Source: Planctomycetota bacterium
GTDB lineage: Bacteria; Planctomycetota; J058
Length of the DNA stretch: 45,094 nucleotides
Reading direction: 5' to 3'
Assembly (NCBI GenBank): GCA_020425635.1
Contig: JAGQRJ010000198.1
Span: 1-45,094 of the forward strand
The translations under genes and the position numbers were made by a program. Positions 1 through 7,449 of the stretch are shown here, piece after piece. Below the pieces are notes generated by a model. That model did no database searches and had not been told where the DNA came from. It saw nothing but the letters and a program-made list of their open reading frames with translations. Each line of letters begins with the position of its first letter. Positions within the stretch are counted from its first letter, which is position 1.

Positions 1-1483
1 CGATCAGCCCGCGCAGGGCCTCTTCCTTGAGCGAAGGCGAGCCCACCTCGACCCGGCAGAGGAGCACGCGCTCGAGCTCGGGGAGGTTCTTGGAGGTGCG
101 CGCGAGGGCCTCGGCGCGCTCGAAGGCCTCTGCGCTCGGCTCGAGCTCGACCACCCGCGCCAGCGCGCCCGAGGCGCCCTTGGCGTCGTTGAGCTTCGAC
201 TCCTGGACCGTGGCCAGGCGGTTGAGGATCGCCACCGCGGCGCTGCGCTCTCCCTCCGAGCGCTCGGAGTCGAGGAGCGCGAGCTCCTCCTGGAGCACGT
301 CGCAGTGCTCCTTCCACGCGCCCAGCCGGCGCGTGATCCGCTCGTAGAGCTTGAGCGCCCGCGGGTGCCGGGGCCGCAGCTCGAGCGAGCGCCTCACGGC
401 GTTGCGCGCCTGCCGCCCCTCGCCCGCCAGGTCGAACTGCTCCGCCGCGCGCTCGAGCAGCTCCGCGGCGTTGGCGTCCTCTTGGTTGGCGAGGTTCGCC
501 TCGAGCACCAGGGCCTGCGCGAGGGCGGAGGGATCGTTTTGCTGCTCGGCGAGCCCCTTGAGGGACTTCACCCCCGGGGGATCCTGCGGGCGCAGGTCGA
601 GGGCGCTGAGCAAGAGCGGGATCGCGGACTCCGGCCGCTGGAGCCCGTTTTGGTGCACGAGCGCCTGCCGCTTGAGGAGCCGCGCGCGCTCCTCGTCGGT
701 CTTCGCCACGCGCAGCAGTTGGTTCAGCGTGCGGTTGAGGTCCTTCCACGCCTTGGAGCGCTCGAAGGAGCGAGAGATCGACTGCAGGATCTTGGGCTTC
801 TGGCAGTTGCGCTTGAGCGCCTGGCGATACTCGACCAGGGCCGCCGCGGGATCGTTCGCCTGGTCCTCGAGCGCCTTGCCCGCGAGGAAGTGGTAAACGG
901 CGGCCTGGTCGTCTTCGGACTTCTGCGCCAAGACGCGGTACGACGCCACCAAGGGTTGCACGCGCTTGGTCTGCTTCGCCAGCCGCTCGATCGCCTCGAG
1001 GGGCCGCCGGCTGCCTGGGAAGACGGTCAGCGCCGCGACGTAGGCGTCGAGGGCCGCGGCGGGGTCCTTCTCGAGCACCAGCTCCGCGTGCTCCACGTGG
1101 AGCTGCGCCTTGCGGCGGGGGTCCTTGGCCACCTCGAGCTCGAGCTGCAAGACCTCGAGCAAGCCACGGGTGTCCTTGCGCTTGGTGTGCAGCGCTCGCA
1201 GCGCGCCGATCGCGGGGAGGAAGCTCCGCCGCACCTCGAACGCCGACATGAACAGGTCCCGCGCCCGACCCGAGTCGTCGAGCTGGTCGGTGGCGATCTC
1301 GCCGGCCTTGAACAGCAGCCGCTCACGCCCTTGGGGCGACTCGAGCACCGCCGTCCGCGCCTCGTAGAGCTCGACCAGGGCGCTCCACGCCTGCTCTGCG
1401 CGCAGCTCCTTCTCGCGCTCCTGGAAGCGCGCTGCGTTGCGCACGACCGCGTCGTTCGTGCTCGCTCGTTCGGGTGGATTCAC
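1..1483 (-). CDS. TPR-repeat protein, partial (C-terminal part lies beyond window start)
   Basis: Not in the ORF track because it is open at the window edge. My own minus-strand translation from GTG (1481-1483) reads VNPPERASTNDAVVRNAARFQEREKELRAEQAWSALVELYEAR...LLFKAGEIATDQLDD...AAVYHFLAGKALEDQANDPAAALVEYRQALKRN... with no stop down to position 1. It shows repeated helical A/L/Y-rich TPR-like pairs and high GC3. The 413-aa + ORF 305..1546 is its antisense shadow. The start is uncertain: another in-frame GTG lies roughly 50 nt upstream, but GC3 collapses there. Confidence 0.7.
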   Translation of the reverse strand, partial: MNPPERASTNDAVVRNAARFQEREKELRAEQAWSALVELYEARTAVLESPQGRERLLFKAGEIATDQLDDSGRARDLFMSAFEVRRSFLPAIGALRALHTKRKDTRGLLEVLQLELEVAKDPRRKAQLHVEHAELVLEKDPAAALDAYVAALTVFPGSRRPLEAIERLAKQTKRVQPLVASYRVLAQKSEDDQAAVYHFLAGKALEDQANDPAAALVEYRQALKRNCQKPKILQSISRSFERSKAWKDLNRTLNQLLRVAKTDEERARLLKRQALVHQNGLQRPESAIPLLLSALDLRPQDPPGVKSLKGLAEQQNDPSALAQALVLEANLANQEDANAAELLERAAEQFDLAGEGRQARNAVRRSLELRPRHPRALKLYERITRRLGAWKEHCDVLQEELALLDSERSEGERSAAVAILNRLATVQESKLNDAKGASGALARVVELEPSAEAFERAEALARTSKNLPELERVLLCRVEVGSPSLKEEALRGLI

Positions 1484-1615
1484 GCTCGAGACATCCGCCG
1501 GGCAAAGGGCATAAACCCTAGTGTTTACGGGCTCTGGCCACGCTAGCACCTGCCCCCGATCGCGGCAACACGACCCGGTCCCGCGCCCGGGTCACTTCCT
1601 CGCGGCGGGGCGCGC

Positions 1616-2200
1616 TCAGAGGGCCTGTGGGTCGTGGATCGACCCCAGGCGCATGAGGTTGATCCCGTTGATCAGGGCGTGGGCCACGATCGGAGGCAGC
1701 AGCGACCCCGACACCACGGCCAGCACCCCCAGAGCGACCCCGATCACCAACGCGAAGGCCGTCCAGGGCCAGAGCTCGCGTACCAGGGGAGGGTGCGCCA
1801 GGGCGAAGCCCGCGCTCGTGAGCGCGACCCCCAGGGCCACGGCGACCGCGCCGCCCCCGCCGGCCTGGATCAACCACGGCTGCACGAACCCGCGAAAGAA
1901 CGCCTCCTCGCCCACGCTCGAGTAGAGCGCCACCACGAGCGCAGTGCTGGCGTCGATCCGCGGCCCCAGGACGTCCGGGGCGGTGAGCAAGCGCTTGAGG
2001 AACAAGGCCATGTCGCGGTACCAGGCGACCCGCTCCAGGCGAACGCCCAGCGCGCACACGACGAGGGCGAACGCGACCGCGGCGGCGAGCGTCGGCACGG
2101 GGGGCTCGGGGGCACGAAACAGGGACGGCGCCTGGGCCCAGCGGGCCCCCAGGCTGGCGAGCACGATCATCACCGCGTAGCCGATCAGCAATCGCTTCAC
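1616..2200 (-). CDS. CPBP family intramembrane glutamic endopeptidase (CAAX-protease-like)
   Basis: Track ORF 1616..2371. CPBP motifs EEAFFRG, FALAH and HALIN sit on a multi-TM body. The start is uncertain. GTG at 2200 lies just before the first TM (VKRLLIGYAVMIV); alternatives are GTG 2260 and ATG 2311. Codons upstream of about 2260 lose GC3 bias. Confidence 0.8.
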   Translation of the reverse strand: MKRLLIGYAVMIVLASLGARWAQAPSLFRAPEPPVPTLAAAVAFALVVCALGVRLERVAWYRDMALFLKRLLTAPDVLGPRIDASTALVVALYSSVGEEAFFRGFVQPWLIQAGGGGAVAVALGVALTSAGFALAHPPLVRELWPWTAFALVIGVALGVLAVVSGSLLPPIVAHALINGINLMRLGSIHDPQAL

Positions 2201-2330
2201 GTCCCAAAGCTTACGGGCAACTCCCCCCGCCCGCCTGCCTTTCGGGACGTCGCGACCCACCAATCCTGGGTGACGGAGCGTATCTGAAACACATTCAAAG
2301 ACATAAGTCATTTGCAGTGCGCACCATGGG

Positions 2331-2345
2331 TGGCATGAGATCTGC
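2331..2345 (+). promoter_or_regulatory. candidate sigma54-type -24/-12 promoter
   Basis: TGGCATgagatCTGC matches consensus TGGCAC-N5-TTGC with correct GG/GC spacing, in a locally AT-richer divergent intergenic region. It lies only 12 nt before the GTG at 2358, which would imply a near-leaderless transcript, so support is weak. Confidence 0.2.
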
Positions 2346-2357
2346 GACTCGACTGCC

Positions 2358-3383
2358 GTGAAGCCATCCAAACTACTTTGGCTCCTTGGGTTGAGTGCGC
2401 TGAGCGCCGCGCTGGGCGCGCCCCCCGCCGCCGGCCCCGCCGGCCGCTACCGACTCCCCTCCGGCAGCAGCGCCCTCGTCTACCCCGGCTCCCAGGGCCC
2501 GACCCTGCACCTCCTCTCCCCGAAGGGCGAGCAGCGCGTCGCCTGGACGCGCAGCGGCGCGGCGTGGCAAGCCACCCTCCTCGGCGGCGAGCAGCTCGAG
2601 TTCCGCCCCGACGGCGCCAGCCTCCTGGTCCGGGTGCGGCCCGCGTCGGGTCCTGCGCGCAGCGAGCGCTGGAAAGCGTCGCCCGTGCGCGTGCCGGTCA
2701 GCCTCGCCGTACTCCAGGGCCAGGGCGCCTTCCCCCGCGTGAGCCCTGAGCAGGTGCGCGAGTCCGTGCGCGAGGTGGCCGCTCAACTCCAGGCCGTCTA
2801 CGGCCCGATCGGCCTCAGCTTCGTGCTCGCCCCCCCCACCCCGATCGCGGCGGCCCGGGTCGACCTCGACGGAGACGGCCGACTGACCAAGGAGGAGGTG
2901 CGCGGGCTGCGCGACCACCTCGAGCGAATCGGGCTCAAGCAGCCCGGACGCGTGGTGCTCGCCCTGACCCCGGCCCCGATCGTCGGGAGCGGCTGCCGCG
3001 GCTGGACCCTCGGCGACAGCGTGGCCACCCCGCACACCCTCACCGACCTCAACGACAACTTCTCGATCGTCAACATGCGCTTCGTGAAGGGACACCACAC
3101 CGTCCCCCACGAGATCGGCCACCAGTTCGGCCTCGACGACCTCGGGCGCGAGAACCGCCGCCGCCTCGACCTCCCCCAGCGCACCGACCACCTGATGGAC
3201 TCGGGCGGCGAGGGGGTCTTCCTCGACCCCCAGACCTTGCTGCACATGCACCAGGTCACGACCCACCCCGACCTGGGCCTCGCGGGTCGCCGCACGGCGA
3301 TCGTGGCCCCACCGGCTCCCCGCGAGGCAGCGGCTCCCGCCCAGGGCCTCGGCGCCCCGCCCTCCCTCACCCTCCGCCGCTAG
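2358..3383 (+). CDS. secreted zinc metalloprotease (HExxHxxGxxD, metzincin-like) with an EF-hand-type calcium loop
   Basis: GTG start. Signal peptide MKPSKLLWLLGLSALSAALGAPP. Zinc motif HEIGHQFGLDD at nt 3108..3140. DLDGDGRLTKEE at nt 2862..2897 fits the DxDxDGxLxxxE EF-hand loop consensus. Confidence 0.75.
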   Translation: MKPSKLLWLLGLSALSAALGAPPAAGPAGRYRLPSGSSALVYPGSQGPTLHLLSPKGEQRVAWTRSGAAWQATLLGGEQLEFRPDGASLLVRVRPASGPARSERWKASPVRVPVSLAVLQGQGAFPRVSPEQVRESVREVAAQLQAVYGPIGLSFVLAPPTPIAAARVDLDGDGRLTKEEVRGLRDHLERIGLKQPGRVVLALTPAPIVGSGCRGWTLGDSVATPHTLTDLNDNFSIVNMRFVKGHHTVPHEIGHQFGLDDLGRENRRRLDLPQRTDHLMDSGGEGVFLDPQTLLHMHQVTTHPDLGLAGRRTAIVAPPAPREAAAPAQGLGAPPSLTLRR

Positions 3384-3423
3384 CCCGCAAACTCGCCACT
3401 TCGTGGTGAGCTTTCCGGGCTAG
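3381..3423. repeat. CTAG-bounded palindromic hairpin element, copy A (probable bidirectional terminator)
   Basis: (c)TAGCCCGCAAACTCGCCACTTCGTGGTGAGCTTTCCGGGCTAG folds into a roughly 20-bp imperfect stem with a UUC loop. The TAG stop of the + gene (3381-3383) and the TAG stop of the - gene (3420-3422) lie in the two arms. Near-identical copy at 30162..30200. Confidence 0.6.
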
Positions 3424-4274
3424 ACGCCAGGGGGCCGCTCGCTGCCGAAGGGCAGGTTCGGGTCGCGGCCGCGGTAGTTGATCTTGATCGGGCCGAGCTT
3501 CTTCGCGCGCGCGACGTGGGTGCAACGGCCGAGGCCGTGCGACACGAGCACGCGCGCCTGGCGGGTCTCGCTGAGCTTGCCCCCCTGATCGAGGGTCGCG
3601 TGCACCCGGAGCACGTGCCACGCGCCGAAGGACGGGTGCCGCGGCAGCTCGGGCAGCGGGTTCTGGGTGAAGTCGCAGGTGAAGCGGAAGGTCGTGACCC
3701 CCGGCTCGACCAGCTGCTGCTTCGCCTCCTCCTTGCTCCAACCCAGCACGCGCTGGAGCCAGCTGCGCGAGGCGCCGCCGCGCAGCACCGCCTCGCGCAG
3801 ACTCACGACGGCGTCTTGCTTGGACTCGTCCTGCACCAGCGTGGCCACGGTCAGGCGCAGCCCCTGCCCGATCACCTCCCGCGGAGCGTGGACCGTGAGC
3901 TTCCCCGTGAGCGGGGTCCCGCAGCGCAGCGTGCCCGGCACGCTGAGCTCGAGCCGGGGCTTGCGCCGCCAGCCCGTGGAGGCGGCCTCGCGGAACGAGG
4001 CGTTGACCCGCAGGAACATGGGGGCCACGGCCTCGCGGGTCTCGGCCAGCGGGCGAAACGGCGAGAACGACCCCGCCTCGAGGTCGCGCACGACCTCGCT
4101 CACGTGGAGCGCCTGGCCGCAGGCGAAGATCGTGCAGCGGCCGTGCTCCTCCCAACACGCGAGGTGGTGGCGGGTGAGGCAGCTCTTGCAGCTCACCACC
4201 GGCTCGCGGTCGAGCTCCTCCCCGTCCGCGTCCGCGAGGTCAGCCAGGCAATAGGGGCAGCGGTCGTTGCTCAC
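3420..4274 (-). CDS. Prok-RING-type zinc-finger protein with C-terminal beta-sandwich (arrestin/Spo0M-like?) region
   Basis: These are the last 284 codons of the artefactual 957-aa track ORF 3420..6293, starting at GTG 4274. N-terminus is CPYC-x19-CKSC-x3-HH-x2-CW-x5-C-x4-C (nt 4119..4259). The rest is beta-rich (LELSVPGTLRCGTPLTGKLTVHAP...TTFRFTCDF...WHVLRVHATL). Upstream codons have no start and overlap the divergent promoter region. Confidence 0.65.
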   Translation of the reverse strand: MSNDRCPYCLADLADADGEELDREPVVSCKSCLTRHHLACWEEHGRCTIFACGQALHVSEVVRDLEAGSFSPFRPLAETREAVAPMFLRVNASFREAASTGWRRKPRLELSVPGTLRCGTPLTGKLTVHAPREVIGQGLRLTVATLVQDESKQDAVVSLREAVLRGGASRSWLQRVLGWSKEEAKQQLVEPGVTTFRFTCDFTQNPLPELPRHPSFGAWHVLRVHATLDQGGKLSETRQARVLVSHGLGRCTHVARAKKLGPIKINYRGRDPNLPFGSERPPGV

Positions 4275-4334
4275 TGGCCCCTGGGTCCCGACGTCGAAGG
4301 AAGCATCAGGCCAGCGTAACGCATGCAGTAAGCT

Positions 4335-5195
4335 GTGGGCATGACCGCGACCCGCCGCAAACGCCTCCTGCTCGGGGGCCTCGTCCTCTCCCTCGGCGCA
4401 GCCGCGCTGTTCGGAGTCCTCATGCTGTTCGAAGGCTCGCTGATCTTCTTCCCCAGCCCCTTCCCGACCGCCGGCTGGCCGCCTCAGGAGCCCGGGGTCA
4501 CCCTGCGCGAGCTGACCCTGACCGCGGAGGACGGACAGAGCCTGCACGCGGTCTACGGCAGCGCGCCCGAGGCCGACCCGACCCGCCCCGTGCTCCTGTT
4601 TTGCCACGGCAACGCAGGCAACCTCGCCGACCGCTACTTCATGCTGCGCGAGCTGGTCCCCTTCGCCGACGTGCTGCTCTTCGACTACCGCGGCTACGGC
4701 AAGAACACGGGCTCGCCCAGCGAGTCGGGGCTCTACGCCGACGCTCAGGCCGCCTGGAGCTGGCTGACCACCGAGCAGGGGGTGGCGCCCAGCCGGATCG
4801 TGCTCCTCGGGCGCTCGCTGGGCGGCGGCCCCGCCGCCGAGCTCGCGACCCGGGTCCCCGCGGCGGGGCTGATCCTCGACTCGACCTTCACCTCGATCCC
4901 GGCCATGGCCAAGCGGCTCTCGCCGTGGATCCCGGGCTTCCTCGTGCGCACCAAGTTCGACACCCTGAGCAAGCTGCCCCGGATCACCTGCCCCGTGCTC
5001 GTGATCCACAGCAAGGCCGACGAGGTGATCCCCTTCGCCATGGGCAAAGCGCTCTACGAGACGGCGAGCGAGCCCAAGACCTGGCTCGAGCTCGAGGGCG
5101 CGGGCCACAACGAGACCCTGCACGTCGGCGGACAGCGCTACCTCGCCGCGCTGCGCGACTTCAGCCGCGCCTGCGCTCCCGCGCCCGCGAAGTAG
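4335..5195 (+). CDS. alpha/beta hydrolase (BEM46/ABHD13-like serine hydrolase) with N-terminal membrane anchor
   Basis: N-terminal TM segment LLLGGLVLSLGAAALFGVLMLF. Motifs CHGNAGN, nucleophile elbow GRSLGG, HSKADEVIP and a terminal GAGHN. Confidence 0.85.
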   Translation: MGMTATRRKRLLLGGLVLSLGAAALFGVLMLFEGSLIFFPSPFPTAGWPPQEPGVTLRELTLTAEDGQSLHAVYGSAPEADPTRPVLLFCHGNAGNLADRYFMLRELVPFADVLLFDYRGYGKNTGSPSESGLYADAQAAWSWLTTEQGVAPSRIVLLGRSLGGGPAAELATRVPAAGLILDSTFTSIPAMAKRLSPWIPGFLVRTKFDTLSKLPRITCPVLVIHSKADEVIPFAMGKALYETASEPKTWLELEGAGHNETLHVGGQRYLAALRDFSRACAPAPAK

Positions 5196-5200
5196 GCGCC

Positions 5201-7357
5201 TCAGGCGTGGGCGGGCTCGCCCTCGCCGATCACCACCCGCGCGTCGATCGCGACCAGTCCGCGGCGGGTGATCACCAGCGGGTTCACGTCGAGCTCGCGG
5301 ATCTCGGGGTAGGCCTCGACCAGCGCGGACACGCGGAGCAAGACCTCGGCCAGCTCGTCGCGGTTCAGCACGGGCTGATTCCGCGCGCCGTCGAACAGCG
5401 CCTGGGCACGGACCTCGTCGATCACGTCGAGGGCGTCGCGGCGGGTCAGCGGCAGCAGGCGGAACGCGACGTCCTTGTAAACCTCGACGAAGATCCCGCC
5501 CATGCCGACCATGAGCAGCGGCCCGAAGCTCGGGTCGCGGGACATGCCCACGATCACCTCGGTGCCCTTGATCTGCTCTTCGATCGTGAAGCCCGTGATC
5601 CGCGCCTCGGGGTCGTGCTCGGCCACGCGCTGACGGATCTTCGCGCACGCGGCGCGCACCCCGTCGGCGTCGATCACGTCGAGGACCACCCCACCCACGT
5701 CGGACTTGTGGACCACGTCGGGGCTGATCAGCTTCACGACCACCGGGAAGCCCATTTCGGCCGCGACCTTGGCGGCCTCGTTGGCGTCCGTGGCGGTCCC
5801 CGAGTAGTTGTAGGGCAGCCCGCAGGCGGCGAGCACCTCGCGCGCCAGCGCGAGGTCGAGGTTGGTCTGCCCCGCGGCGCGTGCGGCGTCCAGGTGCGCG
5901 CGCGCGGCGCCGAGGTTCGGCGCGGGGAGGTCCAAGCTCGGGGGCGGCGCGGGGGTGCGGCGGAGCCAACGCCCGCGGCGCACCGAGCCGTCGATCGCGG
6001 CCACCGCGAGCTCGGGCAAGGAGATCTCGGGGACGCCGCGCTCGTCGAGGTAGGCGCCGACCGGGGTCCCGTCGAGCCCAATGAAGCTCGCCACCAGAGG
6101 CTTCGTCCCGCCCAGGCGCTCGTGGACCTCGGCGATCGCGGCCGCCGTCTCGAGCGGATCGGTCATGGCCTGCTCGGTCATGATCAGCACGATCGCGTCG
6201 ACCTCGGGCGCCTCGAACAGGATCTCGAGCGCGCGCCCGTAGCGCTCGCTGTCGGCGTCGCCGATCACGTCGACGGGGTTGCCGTGCGACCACACCGAGG
6301 GCAGCACCGCGTCGAGTCGCTCCCGGGTCGCCGGCGCGAGCTCGGCGAGGGTCAGTCCGCGGCGGGTGGCCGCGTCGGCGGCAAGCACGCCGGGCCCGCC
6401 GGCGTTGGTCAAGATCGCGACCCGCTCACCGGGGGCCGGGGGCTGGTAGGCCAGCGCGCGGGCCCAGGCGAGGAACTCGCCGACCGTGGTCGCCTCGAGC
6501 ACCCCGGTCTGCGCGAAGGCCGCGCGGTAGGCGGCCACGGAGCCGGCCAGGGATCCGGTGTGGCTGCTCGCGGCCTGAGCGCCCGCGGCGGTCGTCCCGC
6601 CCTTGATCGCCACGATCGGCTTGCTGGGAGAGATCGCGAGCGCGGCCGAAATGAACCCCGCGGGGTCGGTCAGCGCCTCCATGTAGATCGCCAGGCAGCC
6701 GGTCTCGTCGTCGTCGGCGAGCCAACGCAGCACGTCTTCGTCTTCGACGTCGGCCTTCGCGCCGAGGGAGACCGCGGCCGAGAGCCCGAAGCGCTCGCGC
6801 TCACAACAGCTGATCAGCCCCGTGACCAGGGCCCCCGACTGGCTCAAGAGGCCGATCCTGCCCGGCGCGGGAGAGGCCGCGGCGAAGCTCGCGTTGAGCT
6901 GCAGGCTCGGGCGGATCACCCCCAGGCAGTTGGGTCCGATCAGGCGCACCCCGAGCTCGGCGGCCTGGCGGGCGAGCGCGTCCTGCAGCGCCTTGCCCTC
7001 GGCGCCGAGCTCGGCGAAGCCGGCGGAGATCACGATCATGGCCCGCGTGCCGAGCCCCGCGGCTTCGGTCAGGGTGCCGGGTATGAACTGCGGCGGGATC
7101 GCGACAACGACCAGGTCGGGCGCGGCGGGGAGCGCCGTGAGCGAGGCGTAGAGCGGCTCGCCGAGCAGCTCCCCGCCCTTGGGGTTGACCCCCCACACCT
7201 CACCGTGAAAGCCGCGGTCGCGGTCGTCGCTGTGCTTGCCGCCGAAGAGCAGGTTGCGGAACACCGCGTAGCCGACCGAGCTCGCGCGGGTGGACGCGCC
7301 GACCACGGCGACGGACTCGGGGGCGAAGAACGGATCGAGGCTGCGGGGGTTGCTCAT
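5201..7357 (-). CDS. acetate--CoA ligase family protein (ADP-forming acyl-CoA synthetase, fused alpha/beta)
   Basis: CoA-binding N-terminus ESVAVVGAS, then GPNCLGV, SQSGAL and the phospho-His loop SSHTGSLAG. C-terminal ATP-grasp motif GFPVVVKLISPDVVHKSDVGGV. Start taken at the second ATG (7357); ATG 7393 is the alternative. Confidence 0.9.
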   Translation of the reverse strand: MSNPRSLDPFFAPESVAVVGASTRASSVGYAVFRNLLFGGKHSDDRDRGFHGEVWGVNPKGGELLGEPLYASLTALPAAPDLVVVAIPPQFIPGTLTEAAGLGTRAMIVISAGFAELGAEGKALQDALARQAAELGVRLIGPNCLGVIRPSLQLNASFAAASPAPGRIGLLSQSGALVTGLISCCERERFGLSAAVSLGAKADVEDEDVLRWLADDDETGCLAIYMEALTDPAGFISAALAISPSKPIVAIKGGTTAAGAQAASSHTGSLAGSVAAYRAAFAQTGVLEATTVGEFLAWARALAYQPPAPGERVAILTNAGGPGVLAADAATRRGLTLAELAPATRERLDAVLPSVWSHGNPVDVIGDADSERYGRALEILFEAPEVDAIVLIMTEQAMTDPLETAAAIAEVHERLGGTKPLVASFIGLDGTPVGAYLDERGVPEISLPELAVAAIDGSVRRGRWLRRTPAPPPSLDLPAPNLGAARAHLDAARAAGQTNLDLALAREVLAACGLPYNYSGTATDANEAAKVAAEMGFPVVVKLISPDVVHKSDVGGVVLDVIDADGVRAACAKIRQRVAEHDPEARITGFTIEEQIKGTEVIVGMSRDPSFGPLLMVGMGGIFVEVYKDVAFRLLPLTRRDALDVIDEVRAQALFDGARNQPVLNRDELAEVLLRVSALVEAYPEIRELDVNPLVITRRGLVAIDARVVIGEGEPAHA

Positions 7358-7449
7358 GCCCGGGAGTCTGCGGGAGGGAGGCCCGCTGTGCAACTCGCGG
7401 CGCCCGAGCGAGCCCGGACGTTCGCGCAGGGTTCGCTTAGGCTGAGCGC

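Noticed and set aside
4275-6293. The N-terminal 673 codons of the 957-aa minus ORF 3420..6293.
   Set aside because: This part is Arg/Pro/Gly-rich shadow sequence overlapping the alpha/beta hydrolase (+) and the acyl-CoA synthetase (other minus frame). Only the last 284 codons, from GTG 4274, have protein-like composition and the zinc-finger motif.
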